Shown here piece after piece: positions 50,379 through 59,726 of a stretch of 64,000 bases of DNA. The notes below the pieces were generated by a model, which saw only the letters and a list, made by a program, of their open reading frames with translations, was not told the DNA's origin and did not search any database. Location of the stretch: NCBI GenBank assembly GCA_016840165.1, contig JAEOSU010000070.1:32001-96000 (forward strand). The letters run 5' to 3'. The position numbers and the translations under genes were made by a program. How positions within the stretch are numbered: the stretch's first letter is position 1; the number at the start of each line of letters is the position of its first letter. The DNA comes from Promethearchaeota archaeon (GTDB lineage: Archaea > Asgardarchaeota > Lokiarchaeia > Sigyniarchaeales > SOKP01).

Positions 50379-52295
50379 ATGTTTACACAAAAACCCCCTT
50401 CTCGCCAGATTCCCGGAATTCTCTCGTATATGGAATATTTTTCTTCCAAAAAGGCAGCATTTTCGATTTATTTTAGTATAATTGGGATCATCGGGTTTCT
50501 ATCCTTTATTTTTAATTCAATTTACAGTGATGTTTGGAATTTTATTTACCTACTTATAGTTATTGGTATGTTTCTCATAATTTCGGGTTCTGGTATGTTA
50601 ATTTCGATTTTTTATTATTCGAAACGTGCTCCAATACTTGCAGCTCCGCCTAAAGGATGGGCAGTTCAATTAAATGCATTTTTAACCGCAATAATAGGGA
50701 TTTCTTTGTTAATTGGACATGGTTTAGTGATATTCCTGAGAAATATAGCTTTCCAAGAAGTTTTCTTTATTTTGGGCACAATTGTTGCTTATATTATTGG
50801 TTTTGTAATCTATTATTCATTTACAACCGTAGGTAGTTATGGGAATCTAATTCTAGCATTAACCCAACCAGTAGTTGGGATTTTATTATATAGCATATTT
50901 ACAGCACAAATAAATTTCTTGTTCCTAATAAAAGCAATAATTTTCTTTTGCTCATGTGCTTTTATATTCGCTATCCCTTATGCCCATAGTATGTCTCGCG
51001 TAAGTAATATTTATCGCGAGGCGACAGGTATAGGAGGATATCCTTTTATTCGTGCCTTTATCTTGTCGATGATGACTGATGGAAATGACCAAATGATCGA
51101 AAGTTTTTTTGAACGAATAGGTATAGACGAGGAGATAAAAATTCAATACCTAGCAATTCGTAACAGTACCAGTAAGAAGATAAAGGGTTTATTAATAATT
51201 CCAAATATCCATTTTGGTCCATTCAAAACTTGTGGATCTTCGGATTTACCAGAACACATATATAAAAAATTCAGCAATATTACTGGGACAACTGTATACC
51301 ACACTACTAATGATCATACACAAAATTTAACTTCTCAAAAAGAAGTGGATAAAGTTCTCAATCAAATAATCAAGGATGTAGATAAAATTAAAAATAATGA
51401 TTCTCTTACGTGGACAAAACAGATTAGAAAGGTGACTAGGAAAATCTCAAATTCTGCAAAATTAATTGGAACTGTGGTTGATAATACAGCTATCATTTTC
51501 GTGACTCGACATCCTTTACCTTCCGATGATATTCAAGCAGCGATAGGGGAGAAAATTAGCCGAATCGCAACTGATTCTGGGTATGATGATATTGTTATTA
51601 TTGATTCACACAATTCGATCATTGGAGATGAAATTTTAATCAAACCAAAATCATATGAAGCACAGGATATAATCAGCGTTTCAGAAAAATTTTTGCGATC
51701 TATAAAAAAGGAAAGGAATAACGGACAGGAAGTAAATAAAGTTCAATATGGTGTGGCAAGAGATCCTTTAAATCAATATAATGAAAAAGATGGTATTGGA
51801 TATGGAGGATTAGTAGTTCACATGTTTAAGGATACCATTTCAAACCAAAAAACAGCATTTATCCATTTTGATGCAAATAATGCCTATGCAGATATTAGAT
51901 CATATATCCTTAATATGCTACAAAATAGAGGAATTGAAAGAGGTGAGGTCACTACCTCCGATTCGCATACCGTTGCAAGAAAGTTTACTCGAAGAGCTTA
52001 TTCCCCGATAGGAGAAAAAATTAAACTCCAAACCATTTTAGAGAAGTTAGATTCATTAATTTCCGAAGCAAACCAAGATCTAGAGGAAGTAGAATTTTGT
52101 TATTATAAATCTTTTATACCTCATACTAAAATTTGGGGAGATCCTAAATATTTTGATGTGATTATGAATACTCTTCAAGAATGCATTAGAATTTCACAAA
52201 GATTATTAACTCTTAGCTTAATATTGCCTACATTCTTTTCATTAATCTTACTTTTATTCTTCTATCAAATTACGGATATTTTTAATTTATTCTAA
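50379..52295 (+). CDS. DUF2070-family membrane protein
   Basis: N-terminal TMs; PNIHFGPF, GSSDLP, HTTNDH..NL, IDSHN, DANN, TTSDSH. Confidence 0.85.
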   Translation: MFTQKPPSRQIPGILSYMEYFSSKKAAFSIYFSIIGIIGFLSFIFNSIYSDVWNFIYLLIVIGMFLIISGSGMLISIFYYSKRAPILAAPPKGWAVQLNAFLTAIIGISLLIGHGLVIFLRNIAFQEVFFILGTIVAYIIGFVIYYSFTTVGSYGNLILALTQPVVGILLYSIFTAQINFLFLIKAIIFFCSCAFIFAIPYAHSMSRVSNIYREATGIGGYPFIRAFILSMMTDGNDQMIESFFERIGIDEEIKIQYLAIRNSTSKKIKGLLIIPNIHFGPFKTCGSSDLPEHIYKKFSNITGTTVYHTTNDHTQNLTSQKEVDKVLNQIIKDVDKIKNNDSLTWTKQIRKVTRKISNSAKLIGTVVDNTAIIFVTRHPLPSDDIQAAIGEKISRIATDSGYDDIVIIDSHNSIIGDEILIKPKSYEAQDIISVSEKFLRSIKKERNNGQEVNKVQYGVARDPLNQYNEKDGIGYGGLVVHMFKDTISNQKTAFIHFDANNAYADIRSYILNMLQNRGIERGEVTTSDSHTVARKFTRRAYSPIGEKIKLQTILEKLDSLISEANQDLEEVEFCYYKSFIPHTKIWGDPKYFDVIMNTLQECIRISQRLLTLSLILPTFFSLILLLFFYQITDIFNLF

Positions 52296-52408
52296 AAAGT
52301 ATGATATCCAATTAATAATAATACCATGATATTATGCGGATATCATGCAGATTCATATAAAGAATTAGCTCTTTTTGTGTTAATAAATTCTTTTCAATTG
52401 AATATTGT

Positions 52409-52945
52409 ATGTTAAGTACTGAATTGAATAAATTAGTAAAAGTCTCATTTTTAGGAGCCCCCGCAGTCGGTAAAACAACAATGTTAAAGTTATTAGCCAA
52501 AAATACTATTGATCGTATCTATATGCCTACACATGGATTTGATTTGAAAACTGTTCAGATAGAAAGTTTTACTCTCAAAGTATGGGATTTAGCAGGTCAA
52601 AGGAATTATTTAAAAATGTATAGTAAAGATCATCTATTAGGATCGGATATTATTATTGTAGTCACTGACTCGACTCCGCGTAATGTTTTGAGCTCACGAG
52701 AATTAATCAATTATGCTACTCACTTCGTTGGGAAGGATTGTCCGATAATTGCCATCGCGAATAAACAGGATTTGAAATCTGTCGATGGAAGGATGAATCC
52801 CAAAAGAGTAGGAGAAATTCTCAGGGTAGAAACGTATGGCCTTACAGCAATTAATCCTGAAGAGCGTATGGTTCTTATAAATATTATTAGAAAAGAATTA
52901 GAACGAGTAGCAATTAAAAGAGGTATGCGTGAAGATGAATTTTAA
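52409..52945 (+). CDS. Small Arf/Ras-like GTPase
   Basis: G1 GAPAVGKT, G2 YMPTHG, G3 WDLAGQ, G4 NKQD, G5 LTA; no lipidation motif. Confidence 0.92.
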   Translation: MLSTELNKLVKVSFLGAPAVGKTTMLKLLAKNTIDRIYMPTHGFDLKTVQIESFTLKVWDLAGQRNYLKMYSKDHLLGSDIIIVVTDSTPRNVLSSRELINYATHFVGKDCPIIAIANKQDLKSVDGRMNPKRVGEILRVETYGLTAINPEERMVLINIIRKELERVAIKRGMREDEF

Positions 52946-53489
52946 TGAAAAAGAGCTTTTTGGAGCAGCTCTCATTGGTTTTGATATGATAGATGGCCCT
53001 TTTTTAAAATGGAAACGAGAATATGCGAAATCGGAAGATATGATGAATTTAGACGATTTTGCGATGAATTTTTATTTGGCATTCCGAGGAGGGAATGCAG
53101 GTAAGAAACCAAGGGCAATCTTATATGATAAATTCTATATCGTTGCTTTCCCTAAAGATCTAGAACTTTGCTGTCTTTTTATGAAGCCCCAAGGTATCGA
53201 AAACAATATTAAGCAACTCAATAAGATCGCTTTTAGAATTATTAATGAAATGGAGGTTGATGAGGAGCATGAAGAGGGACCAGATCAATCTGATGAAGAT
53301 ACAATGGAAGAAGTAAAACGACTGGTTGTGAACTTACTAAATGGTACTGAAATGTCCACTCCGGAATTAAGACGTTATTTTAAGTTAACAAACGCAGAAA
53401 TATGGAAAGTAATGTCAGATCTTGAAAACGATAATAAAATTAAGCGTACAAGGAAAAAAGGAAGAGCTATACTCTGGACAAGCTGTTAA
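52929..53489 (+). CDS. Longin/uDENN-like domain, acidic linker, C-terminal winged helix
   Basis: LFGAALIGFDMIDGPFLKW hairpin; EEHEEGPDQSDED linker; MSTPELRRYFKLTNAEIWKVMSDLENDNKIKR; overlaps the GTPase stop (alternative ATG at 52935). Confidence 0.68.
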   Translation: MKMNFNEKELFGAALIGFDMIDGPFLKWKREYAKSEDMMNLDDFAMNFYLAFRGGNAGKKPRAILYDKFYIVAFPKDLELCCLFMKPQGIENNIKQLNKIAFRIINEMEVDEEHEEGPDQSDEDTMEEVKRLVVNLLNGTEMSTPELRRYFKLTNAEIWKVMSDLENDNKIKRTRKKGRAILWTSC

Positions 53490-53545
53490 AAACTTAATTT
53501 TTTCTTTCATTTTAACTTTTTTAAATTGAAAGATAAGAGATTAAA

Positions 53546-54358
53546 TCATCTAGTTCTGTGTTCCCAACCTTTTTGTTTTGTGAACATTCGGGAAAACATG
53601 ATATGACATATATCGGGAAGTGCTTTATCTTCATTATTTATGGTAATGTAACGAAGTATATGATTGATGATAAATATACCAATCAATTCAGCATGATAAC
53701 TACCCATATTAGTAAGTTTTTTTCCTGAGAAGATGATATCCAACCCATCATTTTCAGTCCAGATAATTTCGGCAAACATTTGAGGAAAAAATTCTTTTTT
53801 TATTCTCCAACCATTTTCAGTCTTCCATATCTTTGCTCCAATGAATTCAGATAATTCATCTTTATCTTCATTCTTTAAGTATGTAAATGGTTTAGAACGC
53901 TGTGTTAATACTTTTTCCATTAGCTCAGTTTTCTTACTATAATCTCTTTCGAAGGGTTCTTTATCTTTTAATAACCTTTCGATGAAATCCATAACGATAT
54001 CTATATATGTGGCAGTATCTTCACCGGGAACCCAGTATGAACGATCTCCCGAGAAGAAAAACTTAATTTCAGCCTCAATATCATCCCCAAATTCATCTCC
54101 AAAATAATTGTAGGTAATGTGGATCATAACATCTGGAAATAGCTCAATACTTATTGTCCAATCGTCATCCATTCCTAGATCTTGAAATTTTGCTCCCAAT
54201 TCGTTAATAATAATTTTTTCAAATATATTTGGATCAAGATTGATAAAGAGGGGATATTTATTCTTACTAATATTTTCTAATTCAACCTCATGGGGTCCTC
54301 GTACGCCCGTTGCGTCGATTTGACCTACAGTCCACAATTTAATGTTATTTTTGGCCAT
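53546..54358 (-). CDS. Hypothetical protein with two DUF3786-like repeats
   Basis: LGAK...W.I...LFP.....I....FFSG repeated as IGAK...W.I...FFP.....I....IFSG. Confidence 0.6.
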   Translation of the reverse strand: MAKNNIKLWTVGQIDATGVRGPHEVELENISKNKYPLFINLDPNIFEKIIINELGAKFQDLGMDDDWTISIELFPDVMIHITYNYFGDEFGDDIEAEIKFFFSGDRSYWVPGEDTATYIDIVMDFIERLLKDKEPFERDYSKKTELMEKVLTQRSKPFTYLKNEDKDELSEFIGAKIWKTENGWRIKKEFFPQMFAEIIWTENDGLDIIFSGKKLTNMGSYHAELIGIFIINHILRYITINNEDKALPDICHIMFSRMFTKQKGWEHRTR

Positions 54359-54404
54359 AGCATTAACCTAGTATAATATTAATTATCAAAATTATGCTTA
54401 ATTT

Positions 54405-55709
54405 TTATTTTTTTTTTAATCTGCTCACAAAAAAACCTTGAGTATTATGAATTGAAGGAAAAAGTCTTCCTGTTCCTTTTAGAATTGTATTATTGATCTT
54501 ATAGCTCTTAGAAAAATATTTAGGCAAATCCAAAGGTGTTATTTGATCATATATTTCGTTTATCTGATATTCTCCCTCTTCTGGATATAAACTACATGTT
54601 GAATAAACTAAATTTCCTCCTTTTTTTAAAAGATTTAGGCCAGACTCAATCAATTTCTTTTGTATTACTACATTCTGATTAAGAAACTCATTATTTTGAC
54701 GCCATTTTAGTTCTGGATGGGAAAGAAAGGTTCCACTTCCGGTACAAGGAGCATCAATTAAAATCTTGTCAAATTTAAAATCGAATTTCACAGGAAAGTT
54801 TGTTCCATCAGAATTTAAAATACATATATCTATGTTTTTAAATAGACTAAAGAAGTCTTTTGTAAATTGTAATCTGGAATTGCTAAAGTCATTGCAGAGA
54901 AGTCTGTATCGATTCTTACTTAACTGTACTATTAGGCTCGACTTGATTCCTGGAGCTGCACATAAATCGCATATTAAACCTCCTTGATGTGGTTCTAATA
55001 ATTCTACTATTGCTGCCGAAGCCCAGTCTTGGAATAATAGAGTATTATCCTTATAAAGTTTGTTTGAAATTATCAGTCTTTTGTATTGCGCTTGAGTATG
55101 GAGAATATAGGGGATTTTTTCATCTTGTTGAATTTTAATTCCTTCTTTCTGAAATTCGCTTTTAATTAGATCCTTTAAAGTTTCCAATGAGTTATTCGAA
55201 GTTAAACTATTAATTCTTAAACTTACTGTCGTTTGGGAACTATAGTAGTTCATGTATTTGAGATTATCTTTTAAAAAACTTAGTTTCATAACTGGCAATA
55301 AACGTTCAATAAAAAAACTAGGAATTGCCTCATTAATGCTTAGAACCTCTACGTCTTTTTTGTTTCTTAAAGCTATATCCCAGGAGAAATCTTTTAATCG
55401 TTCTAAATAAAGAGAAAGTTTTTCATTTGGTTCAACTTCCATTATGATTTCTTGAGCCTCCGCTTTCTCAAACATAGACCGGTAGGTGACAAACAGTAAA
55501 ATTTCTGCTCTAGGTGGAGTGGTGAGCTTTAATGAACGGAGTGTTTTTTTAATCGTAAAATTTAATTTACTCCAGAATCTAATAATTTCATTAAAATAAT
55601 GAGTAATCTCAGAACTTTGTCGATCTTGTATATTAATTATTTGAGTCTTACCTTGAATAAATTCAGATAATAAATTTAAAATGGTATTAACAGTATTCTT
55701 AGGGAGTAT
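54405..55709 (-). CDS. RsmB/NOL1/NOP2/Sun RNA m5C methyltransferase; N-terminus extended 78 codons beyond the ORF-track ATG (55475)
   Basis: FQD, DLCAAPGIKS, IDAPCTGSG, PELKW, YSTCS, QGFF. The frame is open upstream to an ATA at 55709, preceded by GGTGG. Confidence 0.88.
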   Translation of the reverse strand: MLPKNTVNTILNLLSEFIQGKTQIINIQDRQSSEITHYFNEIIRFWSKLNFTIKKTLRSLKLTTPPRAEILLFVTYRSMFEKAEAQEIIMEVEPNEKLSLYLERLKDFSWDIALRNKKDVEVLSINEAIPSFFIERLLPVMKLSFLKDNLKYMNYYSSQTTVSLRINSLTSNNSLETLKDLIKSEFQKEGIKIQQDEKIPYILHTQAQYKRLIISNKLYKDNTLLFQDWASAAIVELLEPHQGGLICDLCAAPGIKSSLIVQLSKNRYRLLCNDFSNSRLQFTKDFFSLFKNIDICILNSDGTNFPVKFDFKFDKILIDAPCTGSGTFLSHPELKWRQNNEFLNQNVVIQKKLIESGLNLLKKGGNLVYSTCSLYPEEGEYQINEIYDQITPLDLPKYFSKSYKINNTILKGTGRLFPSIHNTQGFFVSRLKKK

Positions 55710-55780
55710 TTTTAACCACCTATTATTGAATATTAAATCAATGATATAATTAAAAGACCTTAAAAAAATATCATTTCACT

Positions 55781-56302
55781 TTAGCCACTTATCTTATACT
55801 TGGTTTTTATATATGAAAAAATGGCTACTCCAGAAACTGCTAGTATTACTTCGGAAAATAATACTTTAATAAACGAAAACCAAACAGGTTGAATTCCTAA
55901 ACTAAGATATAAAATAATAGCAACATATAAAGAAATCATATTTGCATACAATACTGCTCCAAGATATCTCAATTTTGAACTTCCCCTAAACAGAATTATA
56001 CAATATAAAGCGGGAATATTAACCACAACACTAACCAAGTCAATAAGACCTAATGGTGAGAATAAATTAACAAAAAACACTCCTATGACTTTTCCAACTA
56101 ATCCCTCATATGGGAATAGAATACACATTCCAACAACGATTTCTGCTATTCGAAATTGAATATCTAAAAAACCTATAGGCACACTTATGAAACCTAATGC
56201 AACGTATAATGCACCGGTGATGGAAATTATCGCTATTTTTAAGCTAATTCCTCTCTCTTCGAAAGAAACAAGTTTCTTCTCGTCAACGTTAATCTCATTC
56301 AT
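55781..56302 (-). CDS. queT: QueT-family (queuosine precursor ECF S-component) transporter
   Basis: ALYVAL...PIGFLDIQFRIAE, NLFSPLGLIDL. Confidence 0.82.
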   Translation of the reverse strand: MNEINVDEKKLVSFEERGISLKIAIISITGALYVALGFISVPIGFLDIQFRIAEIVVGMCILFPYEGLVGKVIGVFFVNLFSPLGLIDLVSVVVNIPALYCIILFRGSSKLRYLGAVLYANMISLYVAIILYLSLGIQPVWFSFIKVLFSEVILAVSGVAIFSYIKTKYKISG

Positions 56303-56424
56303 TATAGATAGGAACCTATGATATGAAAATTATCTAAACTATAGCTAAGATATTAATTGAATTTGTAAAAAAGTTTATGGTGAAAAAATAGGAAAAAATA
56401 GAATTATTGTTTTTTAAAAGTTAT

Positions 56425-57276
56425 TTATCTCTTTCTTTTCATATATAATACTAAGCCAATCATTGTTATTACAGAAACTCCAATGAATATAGACAATTCA
56501 TATCCAGAAATTTGAGCGCCAGGTAATACAATGCTGTATTGATACACTACTTTACTTTCATTATTTACTAAAGAATAGCCAATAAGAGCGCCATTGTCAT
56601 AGTAAGTCCATGTTTCCGTACAATCCTCGAGATAAGTGAAAGTAGTAAATGGAACTGTATATCCAGCTGTTACGTCATGAATTATTTTCGCACCCGCACT
56701 ATACCAACCAGCATCCCATATGATATCAGCTAGATAATCTCCCGGTGGTACGGGTAATTGCGCTAAATAGGGACTATATGCTACATCAGCAGCCCATGGC
56801 ACGGTTACATTTCCAGGTTGGGCTAAAAAGGCCCTAACTCCTTGTACAAAGGCGGTTAAATTTGCTGGATCCTTTATGACGTAAACCTGTGAGGTTGTTT
56901 TATTTGCCTCGAGAAATTCTCCGGTAGTAAATGCCCAAGAATCTACAGTGATGTTACAGACGGAAACTATTCCTGCTCCCCAGAATGAATAATCTATTGA
57001 ATCGTTGGTTCTTATCCCCTGTACAACTGTTTTGAATTTAGCTCCTAAAGTTGAAGCATCTCCAGAAAATGAAGTATTTAATACCGTTTTCCAATCAGCT
57101 CCAAAAATATCTTCTAAACCAGCCGCATCAACAACAGTTACTTCTAATATTTTTGTGTCTCCCGCTGATGTACTGGGACATGCATAAAGATCTCCACGAA
57201 CAGCTACAATCGGACTTAATACAAAAAGAAACGAGATAACTAGCAATAAAATTGAATTTAATTTTTTATTTCTCAT
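56425..57276 (-). CDS. Secreted surface protein with Loki-CTERM-type sorting tail
   Basis: Signal peptide; several N-x-S/T sequons; C-terminal ISGYEL + TM + MKRKR. Confidence 0.78.
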   Translation of the reverse strand: MRNKKLNSILLLVISFLFVLSPIVAVRGDLYACPSTSAGDTKILEVTVVDAAGLEDIFGADWKTVLNTSFSGDASTLGAKFKTVVQGIRTNDSIDYSFWGAGIVSVCNITVDSWAFTTGEFLEANKTTSQVYVIKDPANLTAFVQGVRAFLAQPGNVTVPWAADVAYSPYLAQLPVPPGDYLADIIWDAGWYSAGAKIIHDVTAGYTVPFTTFTYLEDCTETWTYYDNGALIGYSLVNNESKVVYQYSIVLPGAQISGYELSIFIGVSVITMIGLVLYMKRKR

Positions 57277-57440
57277 TTTCTTTTATAAATTTAGTTTGTT
57301 TTTTAGGTTTCTAAATAGATTTAATATAATCAATAAATTTATTTTTCTAATATAAAAATATTTTCTTTAAAAGATATCAATTAAGTAATTTTTGAGATAA
57401 AGTAAAAATTAACTTATAAAATATCAGCTAAAATAGCAGA

Positions 57441-57671
57441 TTAAATTGATGCCTTAAAGGTCCTTGATGAGTATGACCAAATAATAAATGCTATCCCAAT
57501 TCCAAAGACTATCGAGATTGATAAAAGGAAATTAACCGCAAATGGCTCATCAACGAATTGCCAAAGATTAATAAGATTAACATGCCCCAAGTAAAGCATA
57601 ATAAAACATAAAATACAGTCTACAAATAGAATAATTAATCCGATGAGAAATTGATAATTTAGCTTTTTCAT
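57441..57671 (-). CDS. Small two-TM membrane protein
   Basis: 76 aa, two hydrophobic segments, GAGGT RBS. Confidence 0.65.
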   Translation of the reverse strand: MKKLNYQFLIGLIILFVDCILCFIMLYLGHVNLINLWQFVDEPFAVNFLLSISIVFGIGIAFIIWSYSSRTFKASI

Positions 57672-57879
57672 TATATAACCTCTGATGAATGAGATAAGTT
57701 AATTATATGATTATTGAGATATCTTAGTATAAAAATATTTATATTTTCAATCAATCTTCGTGAGAGATGGTTTATCATGAAAAGAACCAACAAGAAAGTT
57801 TTTTAAATTTGATTTACAAACTATTTAATGATTATAATTAATGTCAACAATAATTGAAAAATTAAAATGGTAGACTATC

Positions 57880-58656
57880 ATGGAATATTTTTCCTTAGAA
57901 AATGGATTTAAAATAGCATATGAAATTAGTGGAAATGAATCGGGTGCAAAAATGGTTTTGCTACATGGTTTATTTATAAATAGTGATTGCTGGCGCGAAC
58001 AACTTAAATATTTTGAAAATGATTTTCATATTCTACGATTTGATTTAAGAGGACATGGCAGGAGCAGTAAACCAGTAGAGAGATTTACAATTAAAGATTA
58101 CGTTAAAGATATGCATCTACTTCTGGAGCATTTAGGTTGGGATAATGGCTTATATCTTGTTGGTCATTCATTGGGAGCGATGATAAGTTTAGCCTATAGT
58201 CTTCTTTATCCTTCCCACGTTAAAAAGATAATCTGTGCTAGCGGATTTTGTTTCATTAGTTTTGAAGCAGAAACAGATGTTTTAGGAAGAGTCGATAAAT
58301 ATCAATTAGAAAGATTTGCTTTAGGAATTAGCAAAAGAGGATTAAATCCTTATAATGAAGAAACAGCGCAATTTGTTGCGGCTCAAGTAACAGATCATCT
58401 TACAAAAGAACAATGCCTTAAAGCTACAGCGGCATCGGCAGGATTCAATATTTGCGAGTATCTTAAATCTATCGAAATCCCAACATTACTTATTGTCGGT
58501 GAGAGAGATATTACAACACCAATGTGGGCAAGCGAGATGCTTCATGATTGGTTAGGTAATTCTGAGATTGCTATTATTCCAGATGCAGGGCATTTAGTAA
58601 TTTTAGATCATGCTAATGAATTTAATGAGCTAGTAGCTTCATTCTGGAAAAAATAA
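57880..58656 (+). CDS. Alpha/beta hydrolase (PcaD/enol-lactonase-like)
   Basis: LLHG, DLRGHGRS, GHSLG, GERD, AGH. Confidence 0.9.
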   Translation: MEYFSLENGFKIAYEISGNESGAKMVLLHGLFINSDCWREQLKYFENDFHILRFDLRGHGRSSKPVERFTIKDYVKDMHLLLEHLGWDNGLYLVGHSLGAMISLAYSLLYPSHVKKIICASGFCFISFEAETDVLGRVDKYQLERFALGISKRGLNPYNEETAQFVAAQVTDHLTKEQCLKATAASAGFNICEYLKSIEIPTLLIVGERDITTPMWASEMLHDWLGNSEIAIIPDAGHLVILDHANEFNELVASFWKK

Positions 58657-58697
58657 GAAATTATAATAAATAAAACAATATAATTTTATACTTCTCT

Positions 58698-59726
58698 TTA
58701 TTTTTGAGTACCCCATTTAATAACTCCAGCATTCCAAGCCCAACCGATTCCAGCGGCAGCAATAACAACAAGATCACCATTTTTAATCTTGCCTTGTTGA
58801 ACTCCAAATTCAATAGAAAGAATGCCATCATTTTGGCCATTATGCCCTAATCTATTAAAATATGTGGATTGTTCATATGGATTAATCCCTACAGCATTAC
58901 AAACGTATTCAAATGCGCTTCTTTTCATGTGTAATAGGGCAAGATAATCAATGTCCTCCCTTTTATAACCAGAACGAGTGAGTGCTTGATCTATAACCCT
59001 TTCAAATGATTTCATTGAAAAAGCATCGAGCCTTTGTTTTAAACCTTCTGGATCTGGGACATCTAAATAAATTTTGCCCTCTTCAATCGCTTTACAGGAT
59101 ATAGGTTCAACTGTTCCTCCTGCGGGAACATATACATCGTCAGCAAATCTTCCATCCGTAATTGCGGATATATCTAATATTTCATTCACTCTGGAATCTG
59201 CTTTTAGAACAGCTGCTACACCACTCGCTGCAAGACTATACATAAAGCGTGAATTTTCATTTTGATAATTAATCAGATCCGAATTTCGATATCCACTTGC
59301 AACTAAAATTCGATCCATTTCAGGGTAAATTTGAATTAAACTTTTTGCCATCAACATCCCAACTAAAAATGTCCCACAACGTTGATTCACGTCGAATGCC
59401 CATGGCTTTTTTGGAGATCCAAGATACTTTTGTAACTTTATCCCATTAATCTGCATTGGTCTTTCACTATAGACTTCACCAGCCCAGATAATTAGATCCA
59501 GATCTTCAGGACTAATATTAGCTCGTTCTAATGCTTGAAAACTTGCCTTAGCGCCCATTGCAACAGTATGATCTTCAGGTCCAGGAACCGTTTTACTAGT
59601 AAGTCCAAATTTATCTTCAAGAATATCTTTAGGTATCCCTGTTTCTTCCGAGATAAATTTACTTGTATGTCGTTTATCAGGTAAATAAATACCCCATGAT
59701 TCCAATCCAATGGGACGATTTTTCAC
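58698..59726 (-). CDS. FabH/KAS III-like condensing enzyme (PRK06840-like)
   Basis: QRCGT (Cys), LLHMKRS, GHNGQND, AAAGIGWAW; GTGA overlap with the ligase. Confidence 0.87.
   Translation of the reverse strand: MKNRPIGLESWGIYLPDKRHTSKFISEETGIPKDILEDKFGLTSKTVPGPEDHTVAMGAKASFQALERANISPEDLDLIIWAGEVYSERPMQINGIKLQKYLGSPKKPWAFDVNQRCGTFLVGMLMAKSLIQIYPEMDRILVASGYRNSDLINYQNENSRFMYSLAASGVAAVLKADSRVNEILDISAITDGRFADDVYVPAGGTVEPISCKAIEEGKIYLDVPDPEGLKQRLDAFSMKSFERVIDQALTRSGYKREDIDYLALLHMKRSAFEYVCNAVGINPYEQSTYFNRLGHNGQNDGILSIEFGVQQGKIKNGDLVVIAAAGIGWAWNAGVIKWGTQK

Noticed and set aside
56303-56424. preQ1 riboswitch upstream of queT
   Set aside because: Only a small ATAGGTTCCTAT hairpin; no A-rich pseudoknot tail matching the consensus.
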